NCBI GenBank assembly: GCA_965242965.1
Contig: OZ251518.1
Span: forward strand, 800,001 to 864,000
DNA: 64,000 nt
Source: Candidatus Poribacteria bacterium
Lineage (GTDB): Bacteria; Poribacteria; WGA-4E; WGA-3G
Direction of reading: 5' to 3'
Below, piece after piece: positions 9,657 to 18,151 of this stretch (its first letter is position 1; the number at the start of each line of letters is the position of its first letter). The position numbers were made by a program, and so were the translations under genes. Under the pieces are notes generated by a model, which did not search any database, had not been told where the DNA came from, and worked only from the letters and a program-made list of their open reading frames with translations.

Positions 9657-10091
9657 ATGAGCCACAAATTAACCCGCAGTCTCCTCCCTTTCTATATGAA
9701 ACTCCCTGTCTTTTGGGCGTTCATCGTTGTGTCGCTGCTGGGGCAGTTGCTCTGGATAGCCATCGTCTCGCAAGACCCGAGGATCGATCTGCGGTGGGCG
9801 ATTTTTGGGTATGCCCTAGGCGTAATCCTCGGCTTTATGCAGGGAGAGTGGAACGCGCGGCTGTGGCAACGTTCCTATCTACAAGTTTTGAAACGGCAGT
9901 TAACCTTCTGGGAAGCGAGAGGCGCGAAAGGCTTAACATGTTATACCTGCCTCGCGCTCGGGCTGCCGATTGTGGCGAGTGTCTTTATCCGTTCGACCGA
10001 GGCGTTGGTGGGCATCCAATCCTACGTTTTCGGCTTCGTCGGCGCGATGAATGTGGCGTTGCTGTTGTGGGTGCGGCAAATTCCGAAGTAG
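9657..10091 (+). CDS. Hypothetical membrane protein (about 4 TM)
   Basis: MSHKLTRS... hydrophobic ORF; the upstream extension in the ORF track is REP-derived. Confidence 0.65.
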   Translation: MSHKLTRSLLPFYMKLPVFWAFIVVSLLGQLLWIAIVSQDPRIDLRWAIFGYALGVILGFMQGEWNARLWQRSYLQVLKRQLTFWEARGAKGLTCYTCLALGLPIVASVFIRSTEALVGIQSYVFGFVGAMNVALLLWVRQIPK

Positions 10092-10098
10092 TGGACAA

Positions 10099-11820
10099 AT
10101 GAACCTTGATAAAAACCAGCGAAAAGCCGTGAACCACCTCGCAGGCCCCGCCATCGTCGTCGCTGGGCCTGGGAGTGGGAAAACCACGGTCATCACCGAA
10201 CGTATCCTGAAACTCATCCACGCGCGCGATGTGCCGTCATCGGACATCCTCGCCATCGCCTTTAATAAGCAAGCGGTTGAAGAGATGGAGAACCGCGTCT
10301 CGGCGAGAAGTGCCGTTCCGGTTACCATCCGCACGCTGCACGCGTTTGGCAAAGATATTGTGATGGCGCACTACAAACGCGCCGGATTTGAAAGCCGCCC
10401 AGAAATTTGGGCTTCGCAGATCGACCAGGTTATTCTGGAAGAGCGGCGACAACTAGCGCGCGAAGCCGCTAATGCCAGCGTTGCTATCTATAAAATCGAA
10501 TGCAAGGCTACTGGGAAGTGTTACATCGGGCAATCGATGAACCCGAAACGCCGGAGAATTGAACACTTCAGTCACTCCTCAAACGATAGGCTTCGGCAAG
10601 CCATCCGTGCTAGGGGGACGAATAGTTTCGATTTTGAGGTGCTGGAGTGGGTTGCCGGGCGCGCTGCAAACCGCCGCGAGGCGCATTGGATTTCGGTTTA
10701 CAGAAACCGTTCCGGTGTATTCAATCGCGCCGATCCGTTGCGCGAACGATATAGCAATCAACTCATGCTGGAGATGTTCTGCCAGCATTTCGGCATCGTT
10801 TATACCGCACATCTTGATAAAGAGCCCGATTTTGAGGATCTTCGCGCCCAGTTTGACACGATAAAAGAGAAGGTAATGCTCGCCAAACGGCAGGTTGAAA
10901 CCGGGCTGTTCGACCCGAGTTCTCTCGCTGACCGGGTCGCCCGCGTCTTCGCCGAAAAATACGAGAACGTCAAAACAGAAGCGAACGCCATTGACTTTGA
11001 GGACATGCTTATCTACGCTGCGAACCTCCTTGAAACTTGCCCTGATTTACGCGAGATTTACGTGGATAAATATCCGTATGTGTTGGTGGATGAGTTTCAG
11101 GATATCGCGCCCACCGATTTCCGTATTATTTCGCTGTTATCTGAGAATCTGTTTGCAGTCGGTGACGATGACCAGGCGATTTACGGCTTCCGCGGCGGCG
11201 ATTCGACGATTATGCAAGCGTTCGCGAACCGCCGCGATGTGAAAAAATATGAAATCACGCGCAATTACCGTTCCACGTCTACCATCGTTGAGCATGCCCG
11301 GGGCTTAATTGAGAGAAACGTGCCGCGCATCAGGAAAAACCTCCGTGCCCAAAATCCGAGACAATTCCAGATAAAATCCGTGGAGACGACACCTGAAACG
11401 CTCGCCGAAGTCCTATTAGCAGAATTGGCAGTGCCGCGGGAGACAGCCATCCTTGCGCGCACCAACTACGAAGTCGGTGAAATCAAACAGATTCTCCGCC
11501 GCTCGGGCATCCAAAGCGCGCACACCGACTTGATCGAGATAACCACTATCCACAAAGCGAAAGGACGTGAATACGAGCGAGTGATTCTCGTCCAAAACAC
11601 GCTTGGGCGGTATTTCCCGCGTCGTGACGATGATATTGAAGAGGAACGGCGCGAACGGCGCGTCTTCTACGTCGCGACGACACGCGCGAAGCGAGAATTA
11701 GTTGTGCTTGGCGGGAATTACCTGTTCATATCGGAGTTTACGGATATCCGTAAAAATGTGGGATATTACCTGCGGCAGTTTGCGTATTGGCGCGCGAGGC
11801 GGAAATTGGAGAAGGGTTAG
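10099..11820 (+). CDS. UvrD/PcrA-like SF1A helicase with an inserted GIY-YIG nuclease domain
   Basis: AGPGSGKT, AFNKQA, TLHAFG, LVDEFQD, VGDDDQAIYGFRG, NYRST, TIHKAKGREY and ERRVFYVATTRAK motifs. Insert about 10480-10730: AIYKIECKATGKCYIGQS..RR..EH..E..N. Confidence 0.9.
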   Translation: MNLDKNQRKAVNHLAGPAIVVAGPGSGKTTVITERILKLIHARDVPSSDILAIAFNKQAVEEMENRVSARSAVPVTIRTLHAFGKDIVMAHYKRAGFESRPEIWASQIDQVILEERRQLAREAANASVAIYKIECKATGKCYIGQSMNPKRRRIEHFSHSSNDRLRQAIRARGTNSFDFEVLEWVAGRAANRREAHWISVYRNRSGVFNRADPLRERYSNQLMLEMFCQHFGIVYTAHLDKEPDFEDLRAQFDTIKEKVMLAKRQVETGLFDPSSLADRVARVFAEKYENVKTEANAIDFEDMLIYAANLLETCPDLREIYVDKYPYVLVDEFQDIAPTDFRIISLLSENLFAVGDDDQAIYGFRGGDSTIMQAFANRRDVKKYEITRNYRSTSTIVEHARGLIERNVPRIRKNLRAQNPRQFQIKSVETTPETLAEVLLAELAVPRETAILARTNYEVGEIKQILRRSGIQSAHTDLIEITTIHKAKGREYERVILVQNTLGRYFPRRDDDIEEERRERRVFYVATTRAKRELVVLGGNYLFISEFTDIRKNVGYYLRQFAYWRARRKLEKG

Positions 11821-11825
11821 GTTAG

Positions 11826-12150
11826 TCGCGGGGGACAGGCCCCCGCGCTACGGTAAAAATAACGCCGCCCTTTCACCGTAGGGCGAGGGCCTGTCCCTCG
11901 CCATCGTTCGCGCTACGGAAAAAACGTCTCTCCTTTCTCTTCAGGTCCTAAAGGACCTAAGAACGATGTCCGAAAAAACGGCGCGCGCGGTACCGTAGGG
12001 CGAGGGCCTGTCCCTCGCCATCGTTCATGTACGCGCACTCCAACGATCGCGGGGGACAGGCCCCCGCGCTACGGGCGAAGAAAAGCCCTACGGAAAAATC
12101 AAGACCAGGAGGTCTCTCCTACCGAACGCATCAAAATATGAAACACCCTC
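11826..12150. repeat. REP cluster ending in a MITE TIR
   Basis: Several gtagggcgagggcctgtccctcgcc and cgcgggggacaggcccccgcgctac units; tatgaaacaccctc at 12137-12150. Confidence 0.8.
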
Positions 12151-12180
12151 GGTTAAGTATCACACGCTGCGAAAAAAGAT

Positions 12181-12209
12181 TTGACATTTTGGCAATTTTG
12201 TGGTATACT
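12181..12209 (+). promoter_or_regulatory. Sigma70-type promoter TTGACA-17-TATACT
   Basis: Near-consensus hexamers upstream of the ATPase operon. Confidence 0.7.
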
Positions 12210-12360
12210 ATATATTATTGAGAATCAGAGAGTAACGCGCAGTTTTTGCTCGCGTCCAAACCCGTAACTTGATGATGGAGATAGTCAATTTGTAGACAGG
12301 ATGTTTTTCCTGACATTCGGTGCTGCAACTCCGGAGAGTTCATTCGCAGGAGATAAAACG

Positions 12361-13671
12361 ATGAAGATTACGCAATTTACAATGGAAGAGGTCCGCTGTT
12401 TTAGCGAACGCCAGACGCTGGAAATTCGGCCCCTCACGTTCCTAGTCGGCGAGAACAGCACCGGCAAGACGACAGCACTCGCGTGTTTCCACGTGTTGGC
12501 AAACTATTTGCGGCGTGAGGGAGTGGATTTTAATTCGCATCCCTATTCGATGGGCACCTTCAAGGACATCGTCAGGAACAGCCGGAAAAAAGAGAAGGCG
12601 TTTAAGTTGGGTATTGCTTATGAACATGCCAACGAAACTGTTGAGTGGACAGTCGAATTTGTCCAAAAAAATGAACGCATTGAACCTGTAGTGAATTCAA
12701 TCGCGATAAAATTCACTGATGGCGAAATCGTTTTTGAAATCGAAGATAAGCACGAAATGCATTCGTGTTTGACTACCTTTGATGAAAAACGAAATCAGTA
12801 CCGAATAGTTTGTAGCCCTGATTTTTCCACACTGCTGGGATTGGGTGTCTTTTTACGTTTTTTAGAAGCACCCGCTGAGGGTAAAATTGCCCTAGAAAAG
12901 TATTTGGCAGCGCGTGAAGGGGCTACAAGCACCCTATACGGGCCGTGGACAATTTGGGAACCCCTCGGTGTATTTAGCACCGCCCCGATTCGCTCTAAAC
13001 CCGAACGCACCTATGATCCGACACGCGAATTCAGCAATCCCGGAGGTAGCGATGTTCCGATGCAGTTGATGCGAATAGCAGCAACTGAAAAAGACGATTG
13101 GCCGGTACTGAAAGAGTTGTTAGTCGAATTTGGCAAGATTTCTGGCTTGTTTCAGAACATAGAGGTAAAGAATCTTGGAGGTTCCTTGGCTAACCCGTTC
13201 CAATTGAAATTCAAAGTCAGGGGCCCTAACGCAAATCTCATTGATGTCGGCTACGGTGTCAGTCAAATTTTGCCGGTTTTGGTGCATATTTTAAATCCTG
13301 AGGTGCTAAGTAGAGTTCGTCCCATTTATAGCACCTACCCGTTTTTCTTGTTACAGCAACCCGAAGTCCACTTGCATCCCCGAGCGCAGGCGGAGTTCAC
13401 CTCGTTACTCGTTCAGTTGGCAAGCACGAGTAACCGGTCGTTCATCATTGAGACGCACAGCGACTATATGATCGATCGGGCGCGCATCGACATCCGAAAG
13501 GGGCACATTCGGCACGAAGACGTGTCCCTCATCTATTTTGAACCGAAACGGAATACCGTCAAGGTGCATAACATCAGTTTTGATGAGATGGGCAACCTAG
13601 TCGGTGTCCCAGCGCATTATCGGGATTTTTTCCTGAAAGAGAGCGACCGGCTCATGGGTTTTGAGGATTAA
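12361..13671 (+). CDS. ABC-type (AAA_15/AAA_21, DUF3696-like) ATPase of the defence-associated class
   Basis: Walker A GENSTGKT, signature DVGYGVSQILP, Walker B/D-loop LLQQPEVHLHP, H-loop IIETHSD; AGGAG RBS. Confidence 0.88.
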   Translation: MKITQFTMEEVRCFSERQTLEIRPLTFLVGENSTGKTTALACFHVLANYLRREGVDFNSHPYSMGTFKDIVRNSRKKEKAFKLGIAYEHANETVEWTVEFVQKNERIEPVVNSIAIKFTDGEIVFEIEDKHEMHSCLTTFDEKRNQYRIVCSPDFSTLLGLGVFLRFLEAPAEGKIALEKYLAAREGATSTLYGPWTIWEPLGVFSTAPIRSKPERTYDPTREFSNPGGSDVPMQLMRIAATEKDDWPVLKELLVEFGKISGLFQNIEVKNLGGSLANPFQLKFKVRGPNANLIDVGYGVSQILPVLVHILNPEVLSRVRPIYSTYPFFLLQQPEVHLHPRAQAEFTSLLVQLASTSNRSFIIETHSDYMIDRARIDIRKGHIRHEDVSLIYFEPKRNTVKVHNISFDEMGNLVGVPAHYRDFFLKESDRLMGFED

Positions 13672-13674
13672 ACG

Positions 13675-14040
13675 ATGGACATTATTTTAGATGCCGACAC
13701 TTTTCAGCAATTCATGGATGCGGACAACGCTGAGATGAAGTTGATTATGCGGAAGTGGTTATTTAAACGGAACGGCAAGATCGCTTATTATCCTACGGGG
13801 AAATTGGAACCGGGGAGAAAAAGAGGCGGTCCGGAAGATCTGTGGATGAAGGAGCAAATCCGGGCGGGTAGAGTCCGACAAGCCACACGTGATGAGGTGG
13901 AAAAGGCAGAGAAGGAGGCTTGGGAGGCAACGCGCGAATTGGAAAACTCGCCGGAAATCGTGGCGAGTTTAGCTCGGGCAGAGGCAGATATCAAAGCGGG
14001 GCGGCTCAAGAGCTGGAACGATGTTAAACGCGACGTTTGA
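13675..14040 (+). CDS. Chimeric protein: truncated PIN-like N-terminus plus Phd/YefM-like antitoxin C-terminal helix
   Basis: N-terminal MDIILDADTF resembles the first strand of a PIN domain. C-terminal EAWEATRELENSPEIVASLARAEADIKAGR resembles type II antitoxin toxin-binding tails. Overlaps the relE-like gene. Confidence 0.55.
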   Translation: MDIILDADTFQQFMDADNAEMKLIMRKWLFKRNGKIAYYPTGKLEPGRKRGGPEDLWMKEQIRAGRVRQATRDEVEKAEKEAWEATRELENSPEIVASLARAEADIKAGRLKSWNDVKRDV

Positions 14041-14293
14041 AATTCAACTCACGAACGAAGCCGGCACCCATTACGACAGGCTAGATGACAAGATGAAGCG
14101 GCGCGTCAACAAAGCGTTTGATATGTTAATGGAGGATCCTTTTTTCGGAAATAATATCAAGAAGCTTAAGGGAAAGCATACGGGACAATACCGTTACCGT
14201 GTCGGTAGTTATCGGATTATTTATAGCATAGACACCGAACGGCGTAAGTGCACTGTCAGCGGCATCCATCGGCGTAAAAGGGCATACCGCTAG
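14021..14293 (+). CDS. RelE/ParE family type II toxin
   Basis: 90-aa basic protein: L.EDPF..NIKKLKG...YRYRVGSYRIIYSID...V.GIHRRKRAYR. Confidence 0.9.
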   Translation: MLNATFEIQLTNEAGTHYDRLDDKMKRRVNKAFDMLMEDPFFGNNIKKLKGKHTGQYRYRVGSYRIIYSIDTERRKCTVSGIHRRKRAYR

Positions 14294-14312
14294 GTGCAAC
14301 ATGTTTCTCGTT

Positions 14313-14478
14313 GGCATGTCTGCGGAAGATTTTCCGTTTTTTGGGAATTTCCAGAGAAAAAACTTTGACATGTATCCACATTTAGTGTATAATTAACATC
14401 AACATCATTCGGTTTCCGGTCGCCCCAACACGCGGTTCAAAAGGGGTTTGCACACCTGTCGCATCCCCAACCGATTGA
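14313..14478 (+). promoter_or_regulatory. Promoter (TTGACA 14365, TATAAT 14388) plus conserved putative leader RNA, copy A
   Basis: Perfect consensus with 17-nt spacer; homologous to 15269-15410. Confidence 0.75.
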
Positions 14479-14494
14479 AGAGGAGGTGCATGTT

Positions 14495-14782
14495 GTGAGA
14501 TTATCAGAAGACAAACAGGTCGTCGGGGCTCTCAATCAAATTCTGGAGGAGTATCCTTATCTAGAATATGATGAACAGCGGCCTCAACGCGATAGCAGTT
14601 TTGGCGGCCTCCATATTAAGGTCCGTCCAAAAGCGGAACGTAATGTTCAGGTTATCTGGGACATTCGTGAAAAATTAAAGCGCGCCACTCACCGGGACTA
14701 TTTTTTCACCTACGGCGGCAGCTATTCGGGCGCGGATAATCTTGATGCGGCCTGGACATATTTCACCTTGCGGGAATTCTAG
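14495..14782 (+). CDS. Hypothetical protein (about 95 aa)
   Basis: AGGAGG at 14481 followed by GTG at 14495, downstream of a consensus promoter; no family recognised. Confidence 0.6.
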   Translation: MRLSEDKQVVGALNQILEEYPYLEYDEQRPQRDSSFGGLHIKVRPKAERNVQVIWDIREKLKRATHRDYFFTYGGSYSGADNLDAAWTYFTLREF

Positions 14783-14796
14783 GACTCGGTGATACA

Positions 14797-14850
14797 AAAT
14801 TAACCCTCAGAGAACTGAAGAAGTCACTCTCGGTCGCTGAGGGTTAATTT
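14797..14850. terminator. Inverted repeat between convergent ORFs (possible bidirectional terminator)
   Basis: aaattaaccctcag ... ctgagggttaattt, 14-bp perfect arms. Confidence 0.5.
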
Positions 14851-14940
14851 CGCGGCAGATATACCCGTATGTGCAGCCATTATCCGAGTAAATCTGCAAT
14901 TTCGGAAATGTCAAAATTGACGAGGCTACGGAAAAGATGC

Positions 14941-15180
14941 TCAACAATTTTTCAGACTGACGATGAGCGCGATGAGTCCGCTGATAGCCCCAACGAGACT
15001 AAGGACAAGCGTCCAAAGGGAGCGATTCTTTGAAGACGCTTCAGAATGTCCTTCCAATTTCCCTTTATTTTCGATCAACTTTTTCACGTCTTGCTCAATC
15101 ACAGCGAGACGATTTTCAATGCGGTCCATCCACCGAAAAATTATATCCCAAAATTTATTGTCCCCAGAATTATTGTCCAT
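14941..15180 (-). CDS. Small coiled-coil protein with a C-terminal TM helix (XhlA/holin-like architecture)
   Basis: MDNNSG..RMDRIENRLAVIEQDVKKL..LWTLVLSLVGAISGLIALIVSL; AAGGAGG RBS; own minus-strand promoter TTGACA(15257)-17-TATCCT. Confidence 0.65.
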   Translation of the reverse strand: MDNNSGDNKFWDIIFRWMDRIENRLAVIEQDVKKLIENKGKLEGHSEASSKNRSLWTLVLSLVGAISGLIALIVSLKNC

Positions 15181-15268
15181 TATCCCCTCCTTACCAAATA
15201 GCATGCAACTGATGCATGCCTTGGAAAGAGGATACCTTATTCCAGTCCGTTTGTCAAGGCAATTCTGG

Positions 15269-15410
15269 GGCACGTCTGCGGAAGGATTCCCGTTTTTAGA
15301 GATTTCCAAAGAAAAAACTTGACAATTCATCACGTTTTGCGTATAATCTACAACATCATTCGGTTTTCGGTTCCCCGCACGCGGCTCAAAAAGGGAACCG
15401 CGCAACCGCC
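15269..15410 (+). promoter_or_regulatory. Promoter (TTGACA 15319, TATAAT 15342) plus conserved putative leader RNA, copy B
   Basis: Perfect consensus with 17-nt spacer; stem cggttccc/gggaaccg encloses a conserved loop. Confidence 0.75.
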
Positions 15411-15549
15411 GCACCCACCGGATAACGAAATCATTGTAATAACTCAAGATAGCAAACAGCTATCTCGTCTTTCACTTCCGAGGCAGATGCCTGGGAGGCA
15501 CCCTATACCCGGCAGAGCACCACAGTTTTGCTCCGCCACATTTACAAAT

Positions 15550-16704
15550 ATGAATGTGATAAAATATCCGAACCAACACTTGCTTTACAAAGCCATCTAC
15601 CAGATTTACTTCCCTGCCATCCGGCCGTTTATGGCCCGGGTCTTAGTGGCACTTCCGAATCGGGAAGGAGAAGTCTCAATCCAAAACGAGGCTGATATAG
15701 ATATTAAGGATGTCCCTCATCTTTTCCGAAAGTTCTGGGCTCCGCCTGAGCATGTCCTGCTCCGCAACCCCGGGGTAGTCTACTTCGAGTCCCTTTTCGA
15801 CCGGAATAAGGACGTTCGGAGCACGATAGGGATAATAGGAGAAGCACGAAATCTCGTCGCGCATCCTGATACCCAAGACATCGATCCGGAATATGCGAGA
15901 GCGCGGCTGTATGACATCGCCGAGGTGCTCGGGTTCATCCACGCCGCCGAAGAAAAACTCGTCGTCCTCACTCTCCGCGATGAACTTATCCGTAACACCA
16001 GCGGACTGCCATTATCGCCAAGCGAGCCGCCACAAATAAGCGTTACGCCTTTTGCTGTGGCTCCGCCGGAGGAATCCCCGGCACCTATCTCTTTGCCTCA
16101 CGTCGCGGAGAGTCGTCAGGACATTGTGCCGATGCACAACGCGAATGAACATTTAGAGTTGGCCCCCGAACTCCCGTTGATTTGGGACACAATTGCCGAT
16201 GCTTATAACAACCTGACACCTGTCCGAGGTGTCGTGAAAAGACTTCGCCCTTTTGGCGCGTTTGTGAACCTCGGTGGGGTTGAGGGGTTGGTTCCCAAGT
16301 CTGAATTGACGTGGAATTGGAAGCGCATTGAGCATCCGTCGAAAGTCGTCTCTGTCGGCGATGAAGTTGAAGCCCTGGTTATCCGGGTTGATCGGGAGAA
16401 GCAGGAAATCTCGTTGAGTATGAAACAAATGACGCGAGATCCGTGGCTAGACGCTGAGGAGAAATACCCGGTCGGCGCAATAGTGCAAGGCACGGTTGTT
16501 AACGCAGTCAGTTATGGCGCGTTCCTTCAGTTAGAAGATGGCGTTGCGGGGCTCATTCACATCACCGAGATGGCTTGGGAACGCGTTAGACATCCTTCTG
16601 AAGTCGTTTCAGTTGGCGAACGGGTTGATGCTGTGGTGCTTGAAATCTCTAATCTAGATAGACGGATTTCGTTTGGACTAAGACAGTTGCAACCGAATCC
16701 CTAG
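15550..16704 (+). CDS. Swt1-like HEPN domain fused to two S1 RNA-binding domains resembling ribosomal protein bS1
   Basis: HEPN Rx4H motif RNLVAH in a helical N-domain; Pro-rich linker; FGAFVNLGGVEGLV and YGAFLQLEDGVAGLIHITEMAW..HPSEVV S1 repeats. Start codon uncertain. Confidence 0.8.
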   Translation: MNVIKYPNQHLLYKAIYQIYFPAIRPFMARVLVALPNREGEVSIQNEADIDIKDVPHLFRKFWAPPEHVLLRNPGVVYFESLFDRNKDVRSTIGIIGEARNLVAHPDTQDIDPEYARARLYDIAEVLGFIHAAEEKLVVLTLRDELIRNTSGLPLSPSEPPQISVTPFAVAPPEESPAPISLPHVAESRQDIVPMHNANEHLELAPELPLIWDTIADAYNNLTPVRGVVKRLRPFGAFVNLGGVEGLVPKSELTWNWKRIEHPSKVVSVGDEVEALVIRVDREKQEISLSMKQMTRDPWLDAEEKYPVGAIVQGTVVNAVSYGAFLQLEDGVAGLIHITEMAWERVRHPSEVVSVGERVDAVVLEISNLDRRISFGLRQLQPNP

Positions 16705-16740
16705 GTGCTATGCCGCGCAAAGGTAGCGGGCGGCCTCAGT

Positions 16741-17937
16741 ATGCCAAACACCCCATCCACCCAGAAACAGTTTTACTTCCTCACCTTCACGCACACGGTG
16801 TTAGATTCCTACGCGACGCTATTATCGCATCTGCTGCCGCTCCTGTTGGCAAAACTCGTCACAACGGCGGCGCGGAATAGTTTCGCCGGCACGCTTGTCT
16901 CTGTCTACAGCGTCTTCAGTTCGTTAGGACAAATCCTCTTCGGATGGCTGTCCGACCGGGTGCGGACGCTCCATTTCTTGACGTTCGGCGTTTTACTCAC
17001 CGCAGTCTGTCTAAGTCTATTAGGACTCGCGCCTTCCAAGCTGAGCGTGTATCTACTACTCGCTGTCGGCGGCCTCGGAGTCGCCGCCTTTCATCCGCAG
17101 GCGACGACTTACGCTGGCGCGCTCGCGAAGGAAGGGAGAGGGTTAGGCATCTCCATTTTCCTCACCGGCGGGAATATCGGCCGCGCTCTCGGGCCGCTGG
17201 CACTGATGGCCATCCCGTATCGGTTCGGGTTGGAATCACTCGCCTGGGGGATGATACTTGGCGTTATCGTGGCATTGTTCGTGCCAAAAGTGTTGCGCGA
17301 TGCAAGTCATTTTAACGTTTCTGTTGATGACGACGATAGAGAAATCGGCGCGCCACTGCCACCGCTCCGACGCGGCATCCTTTTGCCGCTCACTGTGCTT
17401 TTCATTATCGCCGCGTTCCGAACGGTGACAGCCGTCGGGTTAGAGAGTTTCCTATCCATTTATCTCGATAACCAAAACTATCCAGACCAGGTTCGCTCGC
17501 TCATCATCGCGCTTTTTATCTTTGCCGGTTCAGTGGGTATCATGGGTGGCGGTTGGATTTCCAATCGGGTGAACACCTATGTGCTGTTGCTCTTGTCGCT
17601 ACTCGGCGCGCCGCCGCTGCTCTACGCGTCGCTTCATTCTGATGGTGTGCTATTCCTCGTTTTCCTATTTTTAGGCAACGTCATCCTCGCGAGTTCGATC
17701 ACGATTAACATCGTGCTTGCGCAGATGCTTTTGCGGGGACGTGAAAACATAGCGTCCAGTCTGATGATGGGCGCGGCTTGGGGTGTCGGCGGGGTGTTGA
17801 ATAAACTGGTGGGCGTGCTAGGGGACAGGTTTGGGTTGCCTATCGTGTTAGATGGGTTGGTAATGTTGCCGCTATTGATGGCACCGCTCCTGATTCTCCT
17901 CCGCGATGAACCGGATTTGTCAAAGCCCCCGAAATAG
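16741..17937 (+). CDS. MFS transporter (Fsr-like)
   Basis: About 12 TM; FGWLSDR, GLGVAAFHP and GGNIGRALGPL motifs. Confidence 0.9.
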   Translation: MPNTPSTQKQFYFLTFTHTVLDSYATLLSHLLPLLLAKLVTTAARNSFAGTLVSVYSVFSSLGQILFGWLSDRVRTLHFLTFGVLLTAVCLSLLGLAPSKLSVYLLLAVGGLGVAAFHPQATTYAGALAKEGRGLGISIFLTGGNIGRALGPLALMAIPYRFGLESLAWGMILGVIVALFVPKVLRDASHFNVSVDDDDREIGAPLPPLRRGILLPLTVLFIIAAFRTVTAVGLESFLSIYLDNQNYPDQVRSLIIALFIFAGSVGIMGGGWISNRVNTYVLLLLSLLGAPPLLYASLHSDGVLFLVFLFLGNVILASSITINIVLAQMLLRGRENIASSLMMGAAWGVGGVLNKLVGVLGDRFGLPIVLDGLVMLPLLMAPLLILLRDEPDLSKPPK

Positions 17938-17956
17938 GGGAGAACGTCGTGCTATC

Positions 17957-18115
17957 CCAGCGCGGGGGCCTGTCCCCCGCGAATATCGCTATCTCTACCG
18001 TAGCGCGGGGGCCTGTCCCCCGCGAACATCGTGCTACGAAGATCGCAGCGCGGGGGCCTGTCCCCCGCGAGTGTTCGCTATCTCTACCGTAACGCGGGGG
18101 CCTGTCCCCCGCGAA
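17957..18115. repeat. REP cluster (4 x cgcgggggcctgtcccccgcg)
   Basis: Four direct copies between convergent genes. Confidence 0.85.
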
Positions 18116-18151
18116 CATCGCGCTACGAGAAACGCCGTTAAACGCGAACCA

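Noticed and set aside
10480-10730. Intein or group I intron in the helicase
   Set aside because: No Hint-domain splice motifs (N-terminal C/S block, C-terminal HN) and no room for an intron core; the insert is an in-frame GIY-YIG domain only.
15550-16704. Calling this gene rpsA
   Set aside because: It has only two S1 repeats, lacks the ribosome-anchoring N-terminal domains and carries a HEPN-like N-terminus.
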